Shown here: positions 38,693 through 48,127 of the stretch, piece after piece
Position numbering within the stretch: position 1 is the first letter of the stretch
How the letters are laid out: every line of letters begins with the position of its first letter
Assembly: GCA_964401115.1 (NCBI GenBank)
Contig: CAYNXD010000073.1
Coordinates: 1-62,810 of the forward strand
Reading direction: 5' to 3'
From: an uncultured Candidatus Poseidoniales archaeon
GTDB lineage: Archaea; Thermoplasmatota; Poseidoniia; Poseidoniales; Thalassarchaeaceae
Length of the DNA stretch: 62,810 nucleotides
Position numbers and translations under genes: made by a program
Notes under the pieces: model-generated
Databases searched by the model: none
What the model saw: only the letters and a program-made list of their open reading frames with translations
What the model was told of the DNA's origin: nothing

Positions 38693-39301
38693 ATGATTCT
38701 TTCTACCACAATTGTGACCATATTGGGTGCATCAGCTGTTGTATTCGCAGCTTTTTCAAAATCTGATTCTGTAAGGCCATTCTTCAAAACCTTGGGCATG
38801 CCTGATTTAATCTCTGGCCCGGTTAGCAAAAGAATGCTAGTGGGGGCCCTTTCATCTATTTTTGGTGGCATGATTGCAGCTGTTTGGATTTGGGCAATTC
38901 AAAGACAAGAAGTAGTTGGGCAGACTTCATTGTGCGCAGCAAGTAGCGGTTGTGCCAGCGCCCTTTCAGATCATACTATGAATTCAATCCCATTCACAAA
39001 TTTACAATATGGTTTATTCTTTGTAATTTGGTTCTGCGCGCTTTCATTCTTTGCATTAAGCATTCACTTGGATCATAGTTGGTCCAAGAATGGTGGCTTC
39101 CTTGGTTGGGGTAGAAATTTGTCTTTGATTGGTTCTATTATTGCTCTAATTATGTTAATCACTCACCTTGGTATGGTTGATGACTCACCAGCCATTTGTC
39201 TCCTTTGTTTAATCGTAGTAGCTGCTAATTTCCTAACCCTTTTCCAATTCCATAGGTTGCAAAATTTACATTCAGATGGTGCTTGGACTTCAAAGTCTTG
39301 A
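38693..39301 (+). CDS. VKOR (vitamin K epoxide reductase) family membrane protein
   Basis: Five TMs. Loop Cys pair C-AASSG-C (Cx5C) and CLLC at the start of the last TM. GGAGG lies 8 nt upstream, and the gene sits 2 nt after the Trx-fold gene. Confidence 0.6.
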   Translation: MILSTTIVTILGASAVVFAAFSKSDSVRPFFKTLGMPDLISGPVSKRMLVGALSSIFGGMIAAVWIWAIQRQEVVGQTSLCAASSGCASALSDHTMNSIPFTNLQYGLFFVIWFCALSFFALSIHLDHSWSKNGGFLGWGRNLSLIGSIIALIMLITHLGMVDDSPAICLLCLIVVAANFLTLFQFHRLQNLHSDGAWTSKS

Positions 39302-39334
39302 ATTGTTAGAGTAATATTGCGTATATTCTAAATT

Positions 39335-39907
39335 TCATTCTTCTTCATTATTAATGTCAGGCTGATTGGCGAAGATTAGTAAAGAGAATATGAAAATGAA
39401 ACCCATTAGTGCCATGAATGGGATACTCGCGAATCCATAGACATTGAGATATTGAACTGTGCATGATTCGAAGGCTGAACAAAACGGAGAATGTTGTTCG
39501 GGATTTAATTGTAATTGGTAGTGATATATCGAAATAAAAGCTCCAGCGAATGACATTGCTAATCCGTAAATTCGAATATTAAAATCTCCCCTAATACCCC
39601 CAAAAATCAGTAGAAAAGCAAGCGGATACATTATAATTCTCTGATACCAGCATAATTTACAAGGTATGAAATTGGCAATTTCCGAAAGATAGAGGCTAGC
39701 CATCATAGCAAATAAAGCTACAAATCCTGCTAGAAATAGCGCTCCTTGAGAATGTTCATTTCTTAATTCGGCCAATTTTTCTGCTATTGACTCATATTTC
39801 CTGGATGAGGCAACGAAAACCAAGATGACAATTCCAATTACTCCAGAAATCAGGGAAAGAATCCCAAACAGCGTCCCGGCCTCTTCAGGAGTCATTTTCC
39901 AGCACAT
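39335..39907 (-). CDS. dsbB: Disulfide bond formation protein, BdbC/DsbB family
   Basis: SLYLSEIANFIPCKLCWYQRIIMYP, GAFISIYHY and second Cys pair FCSAFESC closely resemble Bacillus BdbC. Has an extra N-terminal TM. Confidence 0.85.
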   Translation of the reverse strand: MCWKMTPEEAGTLFGILSLISGVIGIVILVFVASSRKYESIAEKLAELRNEHSQGALFLAGFVALFAMMASLYLSEIANFIPCKLCWYQRIIMYPLAFLLIFGGIRGDFNIRIYGLAMSFAGAFISIYHYQLQLNPEQHSPFCSAFESCTVQYLNVYGFASIPFMALMGFIFIFSLLIFANQPDINNEEE

Positions 39908-40015
39908 CCAGCGGGTAACCCCCGCTCATTGAATAACTGTGAGGCTACATGTTGATTTAATCACCACGCATGAGATTCCTTGTTCTTTCTCAATTAATGA
40001 CTCTGGCATCTCATT

Positions 40016-40300
40016 TTATGGTTGGTAAATACCTTGCAACTCGAAAAGCGCCTCATCTGTATCAATATCTATTGGAATCATTCGTGTGACGGTAACTTCC
40101 AACTTGAATTCCATCGGAAAATTTTCTCTTAATTCTGAATAAAGTCTAGTCTGCACCTCTTCCGCATTTCTTCCTCTCAATACTGTCATGCAGTGCAGTG
40201 TTTCTTTCTGTGATCTCTCCACAAAGTACTCTACGAGCCACTCTTTCATGGGGAGAGATGCACCATCATACCCCTCTGGTTGTCCGGATTGCCCTTCCAT
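40016..40300 (-). CDS. Hypothetical small soluble protein (94 aa)
   Basis: ATG ORF between the DsbB-like and CxxC genes. No motif recognised. Confidence 0.4.
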   Translation of the reverse strand: MEGQSGQPEGYDGASLPMKEWLVEYFVERSQKETLHCMTVLRGRNAEEVQTRLYSELRENFPMEFKLEVTVTRMIPIDIDTDEALFELQGIYQP

Positions 40301-40416
40301 GGTCCTATTAGTACAGTAATAGGGTATAAATCTCCCGAAAAAAGGAACTGATGCAGGAAGTAGAACAGTTTATCGGGGGTGTCGAACAAATATCACTATT
40401 TTGTATTAATCTGGAA

Positions 40417-41448
40417 TCATTCTTCTGATTCAGCATCATCAATCATTACATTGTCTGATTTTGAATCTTTCAACCGATTAAGTGTAGATGTTGCTATAAT
40501 TATCCCAATAATACCAACACTAGTGATGATGATTATTGATTCATTATCATAATCGACGTTTTTATTGGTAGATTCTAAATTTTGGGCTGCAATAATTTTG
40601 CCATCTGAATTTTCTGAAAATACCACCAGCCCCTTTTGATTCATCATTTCATAATCTTCCGGATTTGAACTTAAATTATAGTTGTAGGATATTTCAAATT
40701 TAGAAATATTTCCATTTCTTTCCCAATCAATAATTTCCCAAGCACCATCTGGCTCTGCGAAAATTATCGTTCCATTGTCATAATTGATCATTACTCCTGC
40801 TTTTGCGACATCATTGTGATGAGTTATTCCATTATATGCATCAGGATTGTCAATTTCAACATTATTTTCTTTTAGTATCAGGGTAATCTTATCAGAATTT
40901 CCTCCTGTAATCGTTGTAATGAACTCCAATCTATTCTGTGTATCGCCTGACAAATTACTAGCGCGGTTGAAGTATTCAACTTGTATAGTGTCTTCAGAAT
41001 TCCTCTGACCCGATGCTTTCAGATATGTTCTTTGCAACTGGTCATTAGTTACTGGCCCAGTTGCTTTATTGCCCCCATCCACCCAAATAGTTGGGAATTG
41101 AGCCTCCGTCGGATTTTCACCAAGATTCCACATTTGACGCGTTGAAAGTCGATTTCCAAGATAATCCAATCCATCATCAGGGTGGTATGCAATTCTTACA
41201 ACTTCCTGATACCTCTGATTTGTAAATTCTTCAATTGTAGTATCTGTTTCTGCACATATTTCGCACCAAATTGCTGTAATTTCCTGAATCACTACAAGAT
41301 TTGAACTGGAATCCGTTTTTATCCAATCACATGATAATCCCCGTTCACAATCTTCAGATTCTGCTTTAACGATAATTTGAGAGTGAAACGAGGTGATCAA
41401 TAACATCAAGACGACAAGCACCACTGGGTGATGGTTTGCCACTCGCAT
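40417..41448 (-). CDS. Extracytoplasmic thioredoxin-fold CxxC protein (DUF1223-like?) with N- and C-terminal TMs
   Basis: WCEIC after the signal anchor, followed by AYHPDDGLDY...FPTIWVDGG. C-terminal TM. ATG 41448 chosen so it does not overlap rlmE. Confidence 0.55.
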   Translation of the reverse strand: MRVANHHPVVLVVLMLLITSFHSQIIVKAESEDCERGLSCDWIKTDSSSNLVVIQEITAIWCEICAETDTTIEEFTNQRYQEVVRIAYHPDDGLDYLGNRLSTRQMWNLGENPTEAQFPTIWVDGGNKATGPVTNDQLQRTYLKASGQRNSEDTIQVEYFNRASNLSGDTQNRLEFITTITGGNSDKITLILKENNVEIDNPDAYNGITHHNDVAKAGVMINYDNGTIIFAEPDGAWEIIDWERNGNISKFEISYNYNLSSNPEDYEMMNQKGLVVFSENSDGKIIAAQNLESTNKNVDYDNESIIIITSVGIIGIIIATSTLNRLKDSKSDNVMIDDAESEE

Positions 41449-41498
41449 GTTTTCCGGACGGGTCTCCTTTACATATGCGCGCCGGCGGGGCTGCAACG

Positions 41499-42248
41499 AT
41501 GAGCAAGAGGTGGTATAACGAACACCGTCGCGACCCCTGGCGGAGAAAAGCCAAATCTTCCGGTTATCGTTCTCGCTCTGCGTATAAGCTAATTCAATGC
41601 CAAGAAAAATTCAATCTAATTAGGAAGGGGGACACAATTCTTGATGTTGGCTGCCACCCAGGCGGTTGGTCACAAGTAGCAGTTGAACTCGGTGGTGATG
41701 AAGGGAGAGTCATTGGGATTGATCTCAAGCCATGCGAACCAATTCAGGGAGTGGAACTTTTAGTAGGTGATATTACAGAAATTGGGACGCAGGAGAAATT
41801 ACTGAAATTACTTGATGGAGAGCCCATTAACTCAATAGTTTCTGATATTTCACCAGGCCTTACTGGGCAGTATGAGATGGATCAGGCAATATCTCTAGAT
41901 TTGATTTGTTTGGTTATGGATTTTTCTCTTCCAATATTGAATAAAGGCGGGTCTTTTGTTACTAAGGTGTTTCAAGGCAGGGGCATCGAAGCAGTTGTTG
42001 AGGCCGCAAAACTAAATTTTTCAAAAGTACAGAGGTTTTCTCCAGTTGCTAGCCGAAACTCATCATCTGAAACTTATTTGGTTTGTAAGAACAAGTTACC
42101 AAAACCACGTGGTAAAGATGTGGATATTTCAATTCGAGAATTCGTAGAATCATCTTTGGTAGAAGATGGTTTTGTAACAGTTCCAAATGAATCAGAATCT
42201 GTCGTTGATGGTAAGATTGGATTCACTCTTCACCGTGCCCGCGATTAA
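41499..42248 (+). CDS. rlmE: 23S rRNA 2'-O-ribose methyltransferase RlmE/FtsJ
   Basis: YRSRSAYKL ... DVGCHPGGWSQV ... VSDISP ... KVFQG. Confidence 0.88.
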   Translation: MSKRWYNEHRRDPWRRKAKSSGYRSRSAYKLIQCQEKFNLIRKGDTILDVGCHPGGWSQVAVELGGDEGRVIGIDLKPCEPIQGVELLVGDITEIGTQEKLLKLLDGEPINSIVSDISPGLTGQYEMDQAISLDLICLVMDFSLPILNKGGSFVTKVFQGRGIEAVVEAAKLNFSKVQRFSPVASRNSSSETYLVCKNKLPKPRGKDVDISIREFVESSLVEDGFVTVPNESESVVDGKIGFTLHRARD

Positions 42249-42329
42249 TTAAATCTAATATTTAATTTCGTTCACTTTAATTTGGTTTGCTCCCTCAGAC
42301 TCTGTACATACAACCTAAATCAATATCTA

Positions 42330-42551
42330 ATGTCCAAAAGCGATATGTCTCATCAAAGATGTTTGAGGTGTCATGAAGAGTGTGATGGGAGATTCTGTGA
42401 ATTATTTCTGGTAAGAAATGGGGTTGGCGATATTCCTATCTGTAAAATGCAACAAGAAGTACTTAGGATGAGGGAATTAGGTTGGTCTCCAGGAACTATT
42501 TCTGCAGTTCTAAGGATTAATGTAAAAGTGGTTCTGCTCTGGATATCATGA
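42330..42551 (+). CDS. Possible small Cys-rich/HTH protein
   Basis: CLRCHEECDGRFC then an HTH-like LGWSPGTISAVLRINVKVV. Weak coding evidence. Confidence 0.3.
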   Translation: MSKSDMSHQRCLRCHEECDGRFCELFLVRNGVGDIPICKMQQEVLRMRELGWSPGTISAVLRINVKVVLLWIS

Positions 42552-42676
42552 ATTACTATTTCATTTTCTATGTTATTATTTTTCAATAATTTATGTTTGA
42601 GGATAAACTAACTGGCCTAAAGTAAAATGGTAACCATCAAAAGGGGGTGTCCGTTCGGCGGCTCGTTCGGTGATTG

Positions 42677-42847
42677 ATGTTGGTCAAGAAGGCAACAATT
42701 TGCAACGCATCAGGCATCCCCCTTGTAGAGAGGGATAGCACATCATTCCCTTGCCCTAAGTGCAATGAAGCGATTGGTAGATCAGCCCAGTGTCGAAGCC
42801 AAGCAGTCGCTTACATTTGTGTATCTTGTGGATTTCAGGGTCCCTGA
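42677..42847 (+). CDS. Small zinc-ribbon protein (COG2888/DUF1610-like), not in ORF track (56 aa)
   Basis: MLVKKATICNASG...FPCPKCNEAIGRSAQCRSQAVAYICVSCGFQGP. C-terminal CxxCGFxGP matches the family. The stop lies within GAGGTGA, 9 nt before the aEF-1beta ATG. Confidence 0.7.
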   Translation: MLVKKATICNASGIPLVERDSTSFPCPKCNEAIGRSAQCRSQAVAYICVSCGFQGP

Positions 42848-42856
42848 GGTGATTTT

Positions 42857-43129
42857 ATGGGAGAGGTTGCTATTCGTTACAAGATAATGTGTTCTCCAGA
42901 AAGTGATGTTACTGCAGATGAAATAGCATCTAGTCTAGAAGAAATGGAAAACGATGTGGGTGTAGTCCAATCTGTTGAAACCAAACCACTTGCCTTTGGT
43001 ATGAAATTTGTTGAGGCTTACTGTGTCATTCAAGAGGGTGACGGAACGGTGGATAATTTCGAAGATGGAATTAAGTCAATAGATGGTGTGGGCGAGATTC
43101 AAGTCCTAGAAATTGGGCGCTTGATGTGA
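42857..43129 (+). CDS. Translation elongation factor aEF-1 beta
   Basis: MGEVAIRYKIM.SPE ... PLAFGMKF ... GVGEIQVLEIGRLM aligns along its full length with aEF-1beta. Confidence 0.9.
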   Translation: MGEVAIRYKIMCSPESDVTADEIASSLEEMENDVGVVQSVETKPLAFGMKFVEAYCVIQEGDGTVDNFEDGIKSIDGVGEIQVLEIGRLM

Positions 43130-43141
43130 TTTATTAGCACT

Positions 43142-44539
43142 TTATGATTGGTGCAATGGCGCCCGTGTGAATTCTCTTAGTAGAGTGGTTGCATAGGTTC
43201 CAGGGGGGAGGTTGAATTTGAAATTAATACAAGCCCCATCTGGGTGCCATTGATCTCCATCATTGGGTCCAGATTTCCATTTCTTACTAACCTCTGAAAC
43301 ATCCAAAACTGACTTGGAGTTGAATGAAAATTCTGAGTAACTACCAGTAAGTGGTCGCTTTGTTCCCTTCGTAGTTAGTCTGGGGATTTCTTCAATATTC
43401 CAATTAATTGAATCTAGTTCCAATTTTTTAAGAACATTTTGTTCTATTTCTCCTATTTTTCCAGTTGCATTAGTAGATTCAGCGCCAAAAAGGGAACCAG
43501 TAACGACAAGTCTCCCAAGGGTGCAATTTCGATTAATTCGTTTGATTGTAGATTCCTGAACGATAGCAAGTTTACTAGCGTCAATTTTGCCATCATTATC
43601 TATTGGTCCTACAACATCTCCAACTATCGGATTTGATATTGACATTCCGCACCGTATTCTTTCTCCCAATATGTGATTGAATGTGAGCGATTGTAATGAA
43701 TGAATTGTCATTAATTGGAGATTATTTGGTAATTTCTTGAATGCACTAACCCAATCATCTGGATTTTTTCTTAGTGCATATAGTAAATCTCTTTCATATC
43801 CCAATTGTTTAGGGATGATTTCTAAAGCTCCTTCCACATCTTTATTTTCTCTCCAATAACTACGAAATTCCGCAACATCACCAGCATCATTCAATCCTTC
43901 CATTCCTAAATATTCGCTGACGGCTAATTCCCATTCGCCATTAACTACATGCCTGCCAACTACTGGGGTAACAGGTCTAGTGGAACCAAATCTTTGCGGG
44001 CCTACCCAGTTGGGAAATTTACAATCTCCAAGGTTCGATACTAATGCTAAATGTATTTTTTCAACCTCTTTCAATGCTGTTTCATCATCCATAGGTTCCC
44101 CATTTTTGTCGGCACAACCTCTTACAGTAATACTGAAACGATTACTACTATGGGATCCCATGGATAATTTTTGGTGAGTTCTCCCTAACACTTCTATATC
44201 TACATCTTTGATATCAACCTCTGATACCTTTTTAGTTGGCGAGTCTATAACGAAAAGTTGAGTAGTCAATGCTCGTTTGTCTTTAGTTCCAGAAAACCAA
44301 ATCCTCTTCCTTGAAATTCTTAATTCCTTTGCTAATCTGTTAGTGAATCGATTAGTCTCCCAATTATTTAGGGTAATTCTTGCCACTGTAAAACGACCTT
44401 TTGGGTCTAGGGCGGGGATAGAGCCCTCCTCTACAACAATGAAATCTTCTACTCTCACTTTAATTAAGCCGCCAATTCCCTCTCCATCGCAAACCCACTG
44501 ATTAAGTCCGAGGTTGGATGCAACCTCTTCAGCATCCAT
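43142..44539 (-). CDS. truD: tRNA pseudouridine synthase D (TruD/Pus7 family)
   Basis: EDFIVVE near the N-terminus and FSGTKDKRALTTQ (TruD catalytic Asp block). Confidence 0.88.
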   Translation of the reverse strand: MDAEEVASNLGLNQWVCDGEGIGGLIKVRVEDFIVVEEGSIPALDPKGRFTVARITLNNWETNRFTNRLAKELRISRKRIWFSGTKDKRALTTQLFVIDSPTKKVSEVDIKDVDIEVLGRTHQKLSMGSHSSNRFSITVRGCADKNGEPMDDETALKEVEKIHLALVSNLGDCKFPNWVGPQRFGSTRPVTPVVGRHVVNGEWELAVSEYLGMEGLNDAGDVAEFRSYWRENKDVEGALEIIPKQLGYERDLLYALRKNPDDWVSAFKKLPNNLQLMTIHSLQSLTFNHILGERIRCGMSISNPIVGDVVGPIDNDGKIDASKLAIVQESTIKRINRNCTLGRLVVTGSLFGAESTNATGKIGEIEQNVLKKLELDSINWNIEEIPRLTTKGTKRPLTGSYSEFSFNSKSVLDVSEVSKKWKSGPNDGDQWHPDGACINFKFNLPPGTYATTLLREFTRAPLHQS

Positions 44540-44551
44540 CGGTTGTCATCC

Positions 44552-44842
44552 TCAGGAGAGCTTTATCTTGGAGAATTCAGTAACTAATTCTTTACTTATT
44601 GATTCCAAAATTTTCACTGCATCCTTTCCTTTCTTGACACGCAGGTAAAGTTCAGGGTCATCCAATCCGGGGTGTCCAACAAAATAATTAGAATATTCAA
44701 CATCTTTGTTATCATTTAGTCGAGTTCTGTATAGTTGCAATGCTGTATGGTTCTCACCACTTAACCTAATTCTCAATTCGTTTCCTTCGTTCAATAGTAC
44801 CTTGATGGCCATAGTTATCATTCCGGCGACCTGCGGCTCCAT
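44552..44842 (-). CDS. rpo11: DNA-directed RNA polymerase subunit Rpo11 (L)
   Basis: GENHTALQLYRTRL...VEYSNYFVGHPGLD.PELYLRV matches the RpoL pattern. The true start is probably ATG 44812 or 44821. Confidence 0.7.
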   Translation of the reverse strand: MEPQVAGMITMAIKVLLNEGNELRIRLSGENHTALQLYRTRLNDNKDVEYSNYFVGHPGLDDPELYLRVKKGKDAVKILESISKELVTEFSKIKLS

Positions 44843-44907
44843 TTTGAACCTTTGTAGAAAAACGTCCTTTACTAGGACCCACTTCCCTTCTCACTTATCA
44901 ATGGGTT

Positions 44908-47520
44908 ATGGCTGGGCAGGGCATGAGTCAGGACGGTTTGAAAGACCGGACCCAGCAACTGACTACTGTATTTGAGAAAGGCTCTCCAGCGATTTTATTT
45001 GGTGCATTGGTGGTTACTCTATTTTTTGGCATGTTCCTATTTCCCTTCCCCTCCTTCCACACCGATCTGCAAGCATTTGCTCCCGACGGGCCAAATGATG
45101 ATGCAGAGGAAAGGATTGAATCAGCATTTGGAAAACAAAGGCAGCCACTTTTCATACATGTAGTAGATGATGATGGAGGAAATGTTCTCTCAATAGAGTC
45201 TCTACAACAGCAACAGCAAGATTTGGATTCAATTATAGAATGGTCTGACCAAAATGGCCACTTAATTTCAGAGTACATTGCGATTCCTGAAATCATTCAA
45301 AGGGGACTGGACGAGACATCTCCAGGGGCACAATTGAGTGAAGCAACCTCGTGGGCACAATTGCTGAATGATACAATTGATGAGGGTGAAACTTGTGTGG
45401 ATGGGGCTAGTGACGATGAATTGTTAATGCTAGCTAGTTTTGGAAGGGAGGCATTAGTAAACAAAGATTTACAATTTGAGCATACCACATGTGCCTGGCT
45501 CGATGAAAACCGCTCATCTGGTGATCCAACTCCTTCAGCATCAAGCAATCTTTGGATATTCTATATCCGTGCAGATTTAGATGATGTTAGTAGGCAAGAG
45601 ATGGTCAACCTACTACGTATTCAATTTGATGAAGTAGGTTCCCAAGGACCCCTAAAATATGGGTTGATTTCTGATGATGTACTTAGTTATGACATCAACG
45701 AAGGGACAACCCAAAATCTAGTTTGGTTAATTGCAGGTGCTCTCGCTGTTGTAGTGGTTATTCTAGCAATTGCATTCCGTTCGATTAGAGGGGTTGTTTT
45801 CCCTCTTGCAGCTTTGTCTATGGCGCTAGTTTGGACATACGGTTCATTAGCAGCATTAACTCCCACATTTTCTGTACTCCATGTCGCTGTCGCTCCCGTG
45901 GTTCTAGGATTAGGTATCGATTATTCTATTCACCTCCAGAGAGCCTACGAAAGGAAAAAATCACAGGGCGCCGAAACACCCAAGGCTTGGGCTTTTGCAA
46001 TAAACGATCTATACATTGCACTTACTCTTACAGTTATTACAACAGTTGCAGCATTCCTTTCTAATGTTGTATCTCCTTTGCCACCAGTTCGTGCCTTTGG
46101 AATGGCTTTAGCATTCGGCGTGATTTCAGCATTTATTACTTCAACAATTGTTGTAGGTGCCATGCATGTAATGATGGAGAGGGGTGGCCAAAAATTCAGA
46201 CCTGAAAGCCACTGGGAAGGCCTACAGAAGATTGCAAGAGAAGTGGTGATCACTCAAAGAAAAATTCAGGCATTTGCACTAATTTTGGTTGTAATGTTAA
46301 CTGTCGGTAGTGTGGTTCTGGCTGCTGCTAAATTAGAGACGGAATTCGATTTAACAGATTTCTTGGATGATGAAATGGATGTGATGGAGGTGCGTACAGA
46401 CATATATCAATCGTACGAAGCAACAGGGTGGCGCCCAATTTATGTTCTATCAGAGCCACTTGAAGGAGAGCATTCAATAGTTGATGATTCAGATTTTATT
46501 GAAGCAGATAACCATTTGAACAACAGGCTCGAACTTTCCCCAAGAGTGGTGATCCCCAGGGCAGTTGGTGATGGGGAACCAATGATTGAATCAGTACATA
46601 CGGTCCTAAGGGATGCAATAAAGGGTGACTCGGAATTTGGAATTAGAAATGGTATGAGGGTGGTTGGTAACGATATTGTTGTTGAAAATTACTCTACTGG
46701 TGATGCTGTGAAGGCATTACTAGAATTAAGCGAAAATGACTCGGTTGGTGATATTTTATCTGGCGCAACTTGGGCTCAAAGAGTAAATGGGGTGGCCTTT
46801 TTCTCATTTAGTCCCGAAAATGGTTGTGAATCAGGTTGCTTACAGTACTCTCGGATAGAAGTAATGGTTCAAGTTTCATCAAATAGTGAGTCAATAGAGG
46901 CAGTTGAAGGCCTACAGACTGCAGTAATACAATCTTCTGGAAAATATGGTATTCAAGCAGAAATGTATGTTTCAGGAGATGCAGTACAACTTAACCTCGT
47001 CCTGACAGGATTAACTACTTCCCAACTAGAATCTACTGCCATTAGTTTAGTAGTTTCTACTCTAGTTTTAGTTGCATTGACTAGGAGAATAGGGCCAGCA
47101 ATAATTGTCATCACACCCGTTGCGATTGCATCAATTTGGGTTGTTGGGGCGATGGCAATGCTGAATTTAAATTGGAATGTTCTAACTGTAATGGTAACTG
47201 CTCTAACAATTGGGCTTGGAATAGATTATTCTATTCACGTTTGGAGAAAATTTGATTCTTTGAAGCACAAATTTGAACCTTGGGAGGCAATAAAAGAGAT
47301 GCATGCTAGCACAGGTACAGCCCTTGTATTATCTGCAAGCACAACGATATGTGGGTTCCTTGTGCTGAGAATTTCACCTATGCCTGTAGTACAGGACTTT
47401 GGAATTGTAACATCTCTAACAGTATTCTTCTCATTGGCACTCGCACTAGGTTTGATGCCCATCCTTCTCACTGCAGATAGTATGATGGACAATGGTAGTG
47501 GTTTGTTTAATGATGAATAG
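44908..47520 (+). CDS. RND-superfamily exporter, COG1033/MMPL type (second copy)
   Basis: Duplicated GLGIDYSIH motifs, two 6-TM bundles and large external loops; 870 aa. Confidence 0.8.
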   Translation: MAGQGMSQDGLKDRTQQLTTVFEKGSPAILFGALVVTLFFGMFLFPFPSFHTDLQAFAPDGPNDDAEERIESAFGKQRQPLFIHVVDDDGGNVLSIESLQQQQQDLDSIIEWSDQNGHLISEYIAIPEIIQRGLDETSPGAQLSEATSWAQLLNDTIDEGETCVDGASDDELLMLASFGREALVNKDLQFEHTTCAWLDENRSSGDPTPSASSNLWIFYIRADLDDVSRQEMVNLLRIQFDEVGSQGPLKYGLISDDVLSYDINEGTTQNLVWLIAGALAVVVVILAIAFRSIRGVVFPLAALSMALVWTYGSLAALTPTFSVLHVAVAPVVLGLGIDYSIHLQRAYERKKSQGAETPKAWAFAINDLYIALTLTVITTVAAFLSNVVSPLPPVRAFGMALAFGVISAFITSTIVVGAMHVMMERGGQKFRPESHWEGLQKIAREVVITQRKIQAFALILVVMLTVGSVVLAAAKLETEFDLTDFLDDEMDVMEVRTDIYQSYEATGWRPIYVLSEPLEGEHSIVDDSDFIEADNHLNNRLELSPRVVIPRAVGDGEPMIESVHTVLRDAIKGDSEFGIRNGMRVVGNDIVVENYSTGDAVKALLELSENDSVGDILSGATWAQRVNGVAFFSFSPENGCESGCLQYSRIEVMVQVSSNSESIEAVEGLQTAVIQSSGKYGIQAEMYVSGDAVQLNLVLTGLTTSQLESTAISLVVSTLVLVALTRRIGPAIIVITPVAIASIWVVGAMAMLNLNWNVLTVMVTALTIGLGIDYSIHVWRKFDSLKHKFEPWEAIKEMHASTGTALVLSASTTICGFLVLRISPMPVVQDFGIVTSLTVFFSLALALGLMPILLTADSMMDNGSGLFNDE

Positions 47521-47530
47521 TTATTTACAA

Positions 47531-48127
47531 TCATTCAATTTGTAAATCATTGACATCAATATCTAATTCCCTAGCTACCAAGAAAAGTGCCATCCAAATT
47601 GTGACATGCCCAAGTGTTTTCCTCTTTTTTTGTGCCCTCTCCATAATTACTTTTTTAGATAATTTTGAATCTTTAGAAATGGTTTGTAGTAGGGAAATCA
47701 CATCAAATGATTTGTTTTCATTATTTGTATTCTTTGAGATTTCTAGCGGTGTTTCCTTAATTCCATCAAAATCTAATTTATTTTCATGATTATCCCCTCT
47801 AGGGGATTTATCTGATTGGACCTTTTCTATTTCCATTGAGAATTTAGGGGGTTCTTCTATCAATCTTTGCCTTGGGAACCAACCTAGCGGTACATTAATT
47901 TGTGAAAAATCAGATTTTGGAGATAATCCTGAATCAGAAGATTCTAGCCACCCTTTGGAAATTAATTTTGTAAGTAAATTTTCCGAATCTTGAGGCGAAA
48001 GCCATCCCAGGTCGAGGCTCCAAGTTCTAGTAATCGAGTTTGGGTCAAGTGGTTCATTACCCCAAGTTCTCCAAGTCATTGCCAGAAGTCTTTGTATATC
48101 CTCGATTGCTTCGGCTTCCCTGCTCAT
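47531..48127 (-). CDS. Conserved-hypothetical-looking archaeal protein (possibly DUF2240-like)
   Basis: Winged-helix-like N-domain, low-complexity linker and a hydrophobic C-terminal helix. Family recall is uncertain. Confidence 0.4.
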   Translation of the reverse strand: MSREAEAIEDIQRLLAMTWRTWGNEPLDPNSITRTWSLDLGWLSPQDSENLLTKLISKGWLESSDSGLSPKSDFSQINVPLGWFPRQRLIEEPPKFSMEIEKVQSDKSPRGDNHENKLDFDGIKETPLEISKNTNNENKSFDVISLLQTISKDSKLSKKVIMERAQKKRKTLGHVTIWMALFLVARELDIDVNDLQIE

